A stretch of 34,756 nt of DNA from an uncultured Candidatus Saccharibacteria bacterium (GTDB lineage: Bacteria > Patescibacteriota > Minisyncoccia > Phycocordibacterales > XYD1-FULL-46-19). The DNA lies in contig CAYVQX010000002.1 of the NCBI GenBank assembly GCA_964453715.1, positions 1-34,756 on the forward strand. The letters are read 5' to 3'. Position numbers and translations under genes: made by a program. Shown here in pieces: positions 29,376 to 34,756 of this stretch. A model generated the notes under the pieces. That model searched no databases and was not told where the DNA came from. It was given only the letters and a program-made list of their open reading frames with translations. Each line of letters begins with the position of its first letter. The first letter of the stretch is position 1.

Positions 29376-31704
29376 AAATAACCAAAATATTAAGACTCTG
29401 GTGTTGTTTGATGCTCACGCTATTTTACATCGGGCGTATCACGCTATGCCCGACTTTGCCACCAGCACCGGCCAGCCCTCGGGTGGTTTATATGGTTTGG
29501 CCACTATGTTGATGAAGATTATTAACGAGTTAAAACCAGATTACATGGCGGCTTGTTATGATCGCGCCGAAGAGACTTTTAGAAAGCAGGTTTATAAGGA
29601 GTATAAAGGCACGCGCGCTAAAACTGATGATGAGCTAGTGGCTCAAATGGAGCGCTCGCGAGAGATCTTTGCCGCCTTCCATATCCCAGTTTATGATCAC
29701 GCTGGTTTTGAGGCCGACGATATTATTGGCACAATTGTGGAGCAAACCAAAGATCAAACTAATTTAAGAGTGGTTATTGCTTCTGGCGATATGGACACCC
29801 TCCAATTAGTAGATGGCGACAGAGTGATTGTTTACACTTTAAAGAAGGGGATTAATGACACTATTTTATACAATGAGGGTGCGGTTAAAGAGCGTTTTGG
29901 TTTTAAACCGGCCTTACTCCCAGATTACAAGGGCTTACGCGGGGACCCGTCAGACAACATTATTGGCGTGCCAGGTATAGGTGACAAAACCGCTAGTGAG
30001 TTGGTGCAAAAGTTTGGCACTGTTGAGCAATTATATAAAAAAATAACTAAAAATGAGGCCGAGCTTAAAGCGGCGGGGATTAAGGTGCGGATGATCGATT
30101 TATTAAAACAAAATGAGGATGAAGCTATTTTTTCTAAAACTTTAGCCACCATTCGTCGCGATGCGCCAATTAAATTTGTTTTACCATCTCAAGTGTGGTT
30201 AGAGACTTATACGCCAGCCGCGGCTGAGAAAATTTTTACCGAGCTAGAGTTTAAGAGTTTAATTACTCGGGCTAAAAACTTATTAAATGAGGTTGCTGGC
30301 AAAAGCGCTGAAACAATTAAGGAGGAAGAAGAAAAAGTAGAGGAGGAAGTATCTAAGGAGTTGGCGTTGGCGGTGTGGTTGTTGGACTCTAGTTTAAATA
30401 ATGCCACCGCCGATGACGTTAAGCGTTTGGGCGGTGAGGCTAATATTTTAAAAAGACTAAAGGCAGAAAATTTACTTAAAGTTTATGAAGAGGTTGAATT
30501 GCCCTTGATCCCAATTATTGCCGCCGCCGAGGAGCGCGGGATTTTAATTAATATCCCATACCTACAAAGTTTGGCTAAAGAGTATCGCGATAAGGCTGAT
30601 GAGTTGGTTAAAAAAGTTTATAAATTGGCTGGCCGAGAATTTAATTTGAACTCACCTAAACAGTTGGGCGAGGTCTTGTTTGATGAGCTTAAATTAAATG
30701 TAAAAGGACTTAAAAAAACCGCTGGTGGTGCGAGGAGTACGCGCGAGTCGGAGTTGTTAAAATTAGCCGAGCAACATGAGGTGGTTAAATTTATTTTAGA
30801 TTATCGTGAGCTCCAAAAATTACTCTCCACTTATATTGAGGCGATCCCTAAATTGGTGGATCAGCGGCATCGTTTACATACTCACTTACATCAAGCTGGC
30901 ACAACCACCGGCAGGATGTCCTCAACTAATCCTAATTTACAAAATATCCCCGCTCGTGAGGGCTTAGGGATGAAGATCAGAGAGGCGTTTATGGCTACTC
31001 CGGGGTATGAGTTTGTGGCGGCTGACTACTCACAAATTGAGCTTAGGGTCTTAGCTATTTTAGCTAAAGAGGAGGCGCTGATTAAAATTTTTAAAGAGGG
31101 GAAGGATGTTCATGCGGCGGTAGCCTCGCTGGTTTTTGGCGTGCCGGAGGGAGAGGTAACTAAAGATATGCGTCGCCAAGCCAAAGTGATTAACTTTGGC
31201 ATTATTTATGGGATGGGCGTAAACGCTTTAAAAGTTAATTTGGGTAGTACGCGTGAGGAGGCGCAAAAGTTTTACGATAATTATTTTGCCACCTTCCCAC
31301 AAATTCAAAAATATTTTGATCAGGTAATTAGCGAGGCGGCGCGCAAGGGTTATACCGAGACTTATTTTGGGCGGCGACGCTACTTCCCGGAGCTTAAGTC
31401 TAAGTTGCCATTTATGCGCGCCGCCGCCGAGCGGATGGCGATGAACGCCCCTCTCCAAGGCACAGCGGCCGATTTGGTAAAGTTGGCAATGATAAAAGCC
31501 GACGCGGCGCTCCGCGCCGCTAATCTCATTGACCGAGCGCACTTTGTGCTCCAAATCCATGACGAGCTTATTTATGAGGTGGAGGAGGCAATGGTAAAGA
31601 GGGTAGAGCCCATTATTAAACAAGCAATGGAAAGTGTGTTGGAAGAGGTGGTGCCTATCGTAGCCAATGTCTCCACCGGCACCACCTGGGCCGAGCTAAA
31701 GTAA
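29359..31704 (+). CDS. polA: DNA polymerase I: 5' nuclease domain plus polymerase domain, with a very short intervening region (no recognisable 3'-5' exonuclease motifs), 781 aa
   Basis: 5' nuclease LVLFDAHAILHRAYHA and GVPGIGDKTASELV (H3TH). Polymerase motif A DYSQIELRVLA, motif B RRQAKVINFGIIYGM, motif C QIHDELIYE. The start is set at MKSATKNN (29359), overlapping tsaE by 17 nt. Confidence 0.93.
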   Translation: MKSATKNNQNIKTLVLFDAHAILHRAYHAMPDFATSTGQPSGGLYGLATMLMKIINELKPDYMAACYDRAEETFRKQVYKEYKGTRAKTDDELVAQMERSREIFAAFHIPVYDHAGFEADDIIGTIVEQTKDQTNLRVVIASGDMDTLQLVDGDRVIVYTLKKGINDTILYNEGAVKERFGFKPALLPDYKGLRGDPSDNIIGVPGIGDKTASELVQKFGTVEQLYKKITKNEAELKAAGIKVRMIDLLKQNEDEAIFSKTLATIRRDAPIKFVLPSQVWLETYTPAAAEKIFTELEFKSLITRAKNLLNEVAGKSAETIKEEEEKVEEEVSKELALAVWLLDSSLNNATADDVKRLGGEANILKRLKAENLLKVYEEVELPLIPIIAAAEERGILINIPYLQSLAKEYRDKADELVKKVYKLAGREFNLNSPKQLGEVLFDELKLNVKGLKKTAGGARSTRESELLKLAEQHEVVKFILDYRELQKLLSTYIEAIPKLVDQRHRLHTHLHQAGTTTGRMSSTNPNLQNIPAREGLGMKIREAFMATPGYEFVAADYSQIELRVLAILAKEEALIKIFKEGKDVHAAVASLVFGVPEGEVTKDMRRQAKVINFGIIYGMGVNALKVNLGSTREEAQKFYDNYFATFPQIQKYFDQVISEAARKGYTETYFGRRRYFPELKSKLPFMRAAAERMAMNAPLQGTAADLVKLAMIKADAALRAANLIDRAHFVLQIHDELIYEVEEAMVKRVEPIIKQAMESVLEEVVPIVANVSTGTTWAELK

Positions 31705-31708
31705 CCTG

Positions 31709-31717
31709 TGCTACAAT
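31709..31717 (+). promoter_or_regulatory. Extended -10 TGc-TACAAT, 9 nt upstream of the ATG at 31727
   Basis: cTGcTACAATaagcccactATG. Confidence 0.45.
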
Positions 31718-31726
31718 AAGCCCACT

Positions 31727-32518
31727 ATGGCATTTGTTAAATCGGGACCAGTGCGGAAGTCTAACCTTTTTGACCCAAAGTCTAAGGAGCCGTTTAAGCT
31801 CTCGCGGACCAAGTTGGAGGATTTTATGCGTTGTCCACGCTGTTTTTATATTGACCGGCGATTGGGTATTGGTAAACCCTCAACTCCACCCTTCTCGCTT
31901 AATGCGGCAGTGGATTTACTCTTAAAAAAGGAGTTTGATGTCCATCGCGCGGCTGGTACTCCACATCCGTTTATGGCTCATTATAAAATTGAGGCTATAC
32001 CGTTTAAACATAAAAACATGGATGTTTGGCGAGAGAACTTTGTGGGTGTGCAATATTTACATCCCGAGTCTAACTTTTTATTTTTTGGCGCCGTTGATGA
32101 TATTTGGGAAAATAAAAATGGTGAATTAATTGTGGTGGATTATAAAGCTACCGCTAAAGATGGGGGAGTTACTTTAGATGCTGAGTGGCAAGATAGTTAT
32201 AAACGCCAAATGGAGATTTATCAGTGGTTGTTAACTAAAAATGGTTTTAAAGTTTCTGACACTGGTTACTTTGTTTATGTTAATGGTAAGCGCGATGCTA
32301 AAGCTTTTGACGGTAAGCTAGAGTTTGAGATTAAACTAATTCCTTACACTGGTAAAAATGATTGGGTAGCAGAAAAATTAATTGAAGCTAAAAAATGTTT
32401 AATTAATGACGAGTTGCCGACCGCTGACTCGGCTTGTGAGTATTGTCAGTATCGTGCCGCCGCCCAACTTAAGGAGACACCACCAAAAAGCGCACATAGT
32501 CAGGCCACATTGTTTTAA
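31727..32518 (+). CDS. PD-(D/E)XK nuclease, Cas4/RecB-like, with N- and C-terminal Cys pairs
   Basis: CPRCFY near the N-terminus and CEYCQY near the C-terminus (Fe-S-type ligands). Core GAVDDIW...VVDYKAT (D...DxK) and QMEIYQWLL (QxxxY). Confidence 0.7.
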   Translation: MAFVKSGPVRKSNLFDPKSKEPFKLSRTKLEDFMRCPRCFYIDRRLGIGKPSTPPFSLNAAVDLLLKKEFDVHRAAGTPHPFMAHYKIEAIPFKHKNMDVWRENFVGVQYLHPESNFLFFGAVDDIWENKNGELIVVDYKATAKDGGVTLDAEWQDSYKRQMEIYQWLLTKNGFKVSDTGYFVYVNGKRDAKAFDGKLEFEIKLIPYTGKNDWVAEKLIEAKKCLINDELPTADSACEYCQYRAAAQLKETPPKSAHSQATLF

Positions 32519-32520
32519 TT

Positions 32521-32529
32521 TTATCCACA
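32521..32529 (+). promoter_or_regulatory. Perfect TTATCCACA 9-mer, 3 nt after the nuclease stop codon
   Basis: Exact match. It lies 12 nt upstream of a TTGATT (32541-32546) - 17 nt - TATGAT (32564-32569) promoter-like pair. Confidence 0.35.
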
Positions 32530-32628
32530 CGGCATTAAACTTGATTTTTTGGGCTTTGCCGGCTATGATTTAAGGGTAATTAGTTTTAGGCAAAGGTCGA
32601 GACTTAATTTTCCCATTCAATAAAGTTC

Positions 32629-32784
32629 ATGAAAAATACTATTATTGCGATCGTGGTCATTGTTGTGTTAGTTGCTGGCTACCTTTGGTGGTCTAAGAGC
32701 GCTAGCGCTCCTGCTGCGACCGACACTATGACCGGTACCGCTCCGGCTGGCGACACTATGCCGGCAACCGGCGCGACTAACTAA
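32629..32784 (+). CDS. Possible 51-aa membrane-anchored peptide (not in the ORF track)
   Basis: MKNTIIAIVVIVVLVAGYLWWSKSASAPAATDTMTGTAPAGDTMPATGATN has one TM helix and an A/T/P/G tail with a duplicated DTM(T/P) unit. It is followed by a terminator. No SD. Confidence 0.35.
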   Translation: MKNTIIAIVVIVVLVAGYLWWSKSASAPAATDTMTGTAPAGDTMPATGATN

Positions 32785-32808
32785 CTTTAAGTTTAGTCTC
32801 ACCAGCTA

Positions 32809-32838
32809 AAAACCCACCCGCTTAGGCCGGTGGGTTTT
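32809..32838 (+). terminator. Intrinsic terminator candidate
   Basis: aaAACCCACCCGC ttag GCCGGTGGGTTtt. A ~10-bp stem with one C:C mismatch, followed by TTTT. Confidence 0.6.
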
Positions 32839-32855
32839 GGCGTTTATGGGGAGGG

Positions 32856-32864
32856 TGTTAGAAT
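32856..32864 (+). promoter_or_regulatory. Extended -10 TGt-TAGAAT, 6 nt upstream of the mgtC ATG (leaderless)
   Basis: gTGtTAGAATaaagttATG. Confidence 0.5.
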
Positions 32865-32870
32865 AAAGTT

Positions 32871-33338
32871 ATGTCATTTTTAACTCTTATTTTTGGTCCG
32901 TTCTTACCTTACTCTGATGCTGTGATTCGTTTAGCGGTGGCTATGGTTTTGGGCGCAGTGGTAGGCACAGAGAGAACCTTAGCTCACCGTCGAGCAGGGA
33001 TGAGGACTTATGCACTTGTTTCTGTGGGGGCAGCCGCTTTTGTAGTAATTGGCGAGATTGTAAGACAAATTTACGGCGAGACGGGGATTGACCCACTCCG
33101 TATTGCCTCACAAATTGTGATGGGTATTGGTTTTTTGGGTGCGGGTTTAATTATTGTCCGTGGGACGCAAATTAATGGTTTAACCACGGCGGCTGGTTTA
33201 TGGGTGGCGGCTACTATTGGCACATCGGCCGGTTTTGGACTTTACCCCTTGGCAGCTATTATTGCGATGATTACTTTGTTTGTGTTTGTCGTTTTGCGGG
33301 GAGTGGAGCAGGAGGTCAAGGATCATCAGGTAGAGTAG
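32871..33338 (+). CDS. mgtC: MgtC/SapB-family membrane protein
   Basis: RLAVAMVLGAVVGTERTLAHRRAGMRTYALVSVGAAAF matches the MgtC N-terminal signature. Has 4-5 TM segments. 155 aa. Confidence 0.85.
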   Translation: MSFLTLIFGPFLPYSDAVIRLAVAMVLGAVVGTERTLAHRRAGMRTYALVSVGAAAFVVIGEIVRQIYGETGIDPLRIASQIVMGIGFLGAGLIIVRGTQINGLTTAAGLWVAATIGTSAGFGLYPLAAIIAMITLFVFVVLRGVEQEVKDHQVE

Positions 33339-33341
33339 TTT

Positions 33342-33935
33342 ATGGCTAAATCAAAGACTGAACAACTACGAGAGATTAAAGATGCCGTGGTTGGTTTAAC
33401 TACTTCACCCTTATACTCTTTTAGACAGCAAGAAAAAAATCTCCCCGTTATTGGCGAGGGGAGTCATGAGGCGGAAATAATGTTTATTGGTGAGGCACCT
33501 GGTAAAAATGAGGCTAAGACCGGCCGCCCCTTTTGTGGGGCGGCCGGTAAATTGTTGGATGAATTATTGGCCTCAATTAATTTACCGCGCGAGCAAGTTT
33601 ATATTACTAATATTGTAAAAGATCGGCCGCCCCAAAATCGCGACCCCCTGCCTGAAGAAATCGCTATTTACGGTCCATTTTTAGATCAGCAAATTGAAAT
33701 TATTAAACCCAAAATTATTGCCACCCTCGGTCGTTACTCTATGACTTATGTGTTAGATAAATTTAAACTTGGCCAACATGGCACAATTAGCGATCTCCAT
33801 GGACGAGTAATAGAAGCCGCCGCCCCTTATGGGCCGATTAAAATTGTCCCACTTTACCATCCGGCGGCGGCGATTTATAATCAACATCTCAAGGCCACCT
33901 TATTAGACGATATTAAAATCCTTAAAACCTTATGA
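33342..33935 (+). CDS. Uracil-DNA glycosylase, family 4
   Basis: GEAPGKNEAKTGRPFCGAAGKLLD (motif A, GEAPG) and LYHPAAAIY (motif B). Confidence 0.88.
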   Translation: MAKSKTEQLREIKDAVVGLTTSPLYSFRQQEKNLPVIGEGSHEAEIMFIGEAPGKNEAKTGRPFCGAAGKLLDELLASINLPREQVYITNIVKDRPPQNRDPLPEEIAIYGPFLDQQIEIIKPKIIATLGRYSMTYVLDKFKLGQHGTISDLHGRVIEAAAPYGPIKIVPLYHPAAAIYNQHLKATLLDDIKILKTL

Positions 33936-34708
33936 GCCTCACGCTAATCTCTTGGAACGTTAATGGTATCCGCGCCGCTGAGCGTAAAGGTTTGATTAAA
34001 TTTTTAGAGGCAGGTAAATACGATGTGGTTTGTCTTCAGGAGATTAAGGCTCACGATGAGGCATTACTCTCAAGTGATTTAAAAAATGTTAATGGTTATA
34101 CCTCTTATTTTAATTTAGCCACCGAGCGCAAGGGTTATAGTGGGGTCGCTATTTATTCTAAAGAAAAACCAAAAACTATTAAAAATAATTTTGGGAAAAA
34201 CCACCTCTCGACTGAAGGTCGGATGATAGAGTTAGAGTTTAATAAATTTACTCTCCTTAATATTTACTTTCCTAATGGTGGAGGAGAGGATCATCGCCTT
34301 AAATATAAACTAGAATTTTTTGATGAGTTTACTGCTTATATTAAAAAACTAACTAAGGCTGGTAAGAAGGTAATTTTTTGTGGTGATGTTAATGTGGCTC
34401 ACGAGCCAATTGACCTAGCTCGGCCTAAAGCTAATGAGAAGGAGATCGGCTTTTTACCAGAAGAGCGCGCCAAATTGGATAAATTTGAGCAGGCTAATTT
34501 TATTGATACTTTTAGACACTTCCATCCACAGAAGGTGGAGTACTCGTGGTGGGATCAAAAAACTCGTTCACGCGAGCGCAATGTGGGTTGGCGGATAGAT
34601 TATTTTTGGGTGAGTAAAAATCTTCTTGATCAAGTAGAGAGGGCTTTTATTTTAGGCGAGGTTGAGGGCTCAGACCATGCGCCAGTGGGAGTAACTTTAG
34701 ACCTTTAG
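33932..34708 (+). CDS. xth: Exodeoxyribonuclease III (AP endonuclease)
   Basis: SWNVNGIRA, VCLQEIK, GDVNVAH, WRIDYF, GSDHAPV. There is an ATGA start/stop overlap with the UDG gene. Confidence 0.92.
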   Translation: MSLTLISWNVNGIRAAERKGLIKFLEAGKYDVVCLQEIKAHDEALLSSDLKNVNGYTSYFNLATERKGYSGVAIYSKEKPKTIKNNFGKNHLSTEGRMIELEFNKFTLLNIYFPNGGGEDHRLKYKLEFFDEFTAYIKKLTKAGKKVIFCGDVNVAHEPIDLARPKANEKEIGFLPEERAKLDKFEQANFIDTFRHFHPQKVEYSWWDQKTRSRERNVGWRIDYFWVSKNLLDQVERAFILGEVEGSDHAPVGVTLDL

Positions 34709-34712
34709 TTTT

Positions 34713-34756
34713 ATGATTAAACTTTTTACCGGTAGTGATCACAACAAGGCTTTAAT
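34713..34756 (+). CDS. 5' end of an unidentified ORF running off the window (MIKLFTGSDHNKAL...)
   Basis: ATG 4 nt after the xth stop, with the frame open to the window end. Too short to assign. Confidence 0.3.
   Translation, partial: MIKLFTGSDHNKAL

Noticed and set aside
1-34756. Alternative genetic code (TGA as a sense codon, as in some CPR lineages), CRISPR arrays, rRNA or tRNA genes, and transposases.
   Set aside because: All conserved genes are intact under the standard code, and TGA terminates the UDG gene at the ATGA overlap. Reading the intergenic regions, I found no repeat-spacer arrays, no tRNA-like T-arm or acceptor pairs, and no transposase or integrase motifs.

Overview
This is a tightly packed bacterial chromosome segment in the standard genetic code. 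TGA is used as a stop at 33933-33935, and no conserved gene is fragmented. It spans the origin region rpmH-rnpA-yidC | dnaA-dnaN.

GC is low and uneven. Hand-counted 60-nt lines range from 25% in dnaN to 63% in one small gene.

The gene content and style suggest a reduced-genome Patescibacteria/CPR-like organism; this is inference only. The pointers are a short YidC, PrgI/VirB4/VirB6/pilin-type genes, many orphan secreted or membrane proteins, and almost no Shine-Dalgarno sequences.

Housekeeping genes recognised from motifs:
- Left of the origin: uvrD/pcrA (3' part), rsmA, a DUF192 protein, yidC, rnpA, and rpmH (not in the ORF track).
- Origin and centre: dnaA, dnaN, a class A PBP, tyrS, ruvC, yebC, ruvB and a PilB/GspE ATPase.
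- Right end: tsaE, polA, a Cas4-like PD-(D/E)XK nuclease, mgtC, a family-4 UDG and xth.

The accessory part is an 11-gene, about 13 kb, same-strand operon (3164-16076). It encodes a minimal type IV secretion-like apparatus: VirB4 ATPase, a PrgI/VirB3-like protein, a VirB6/TrbL-like protein and a pilin-like domain fused to a possible cell-wall peptidase. Seven further secreted or membrane proteins have no motif I recognise. There is no coupling protein, relaxase or integrase.

Other notable points:
- A window-wide promoter architecture (-10 box, 6-7 nt, ATG) implies leaderless mRNAs.
- A GC-rich lipoprotein cassette has a consensus promoter, a long leader, a strong SD and a strong terminator, unlike every neighbouring gene.
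- A 170-nt element bounded by 27-nt inverted repeats lies between pilB and ruvB.
- Five perfect TTATCCACA 9-mers are scattered outside the origin.
- There is a minimal SET-domain protein and a DUF721/DciA-like ORF after dnaN.

No rRNA, tRNA, CRISPR array, transposase or integrase was found. All protein family calls are motif recognition by eye; no searches were run.
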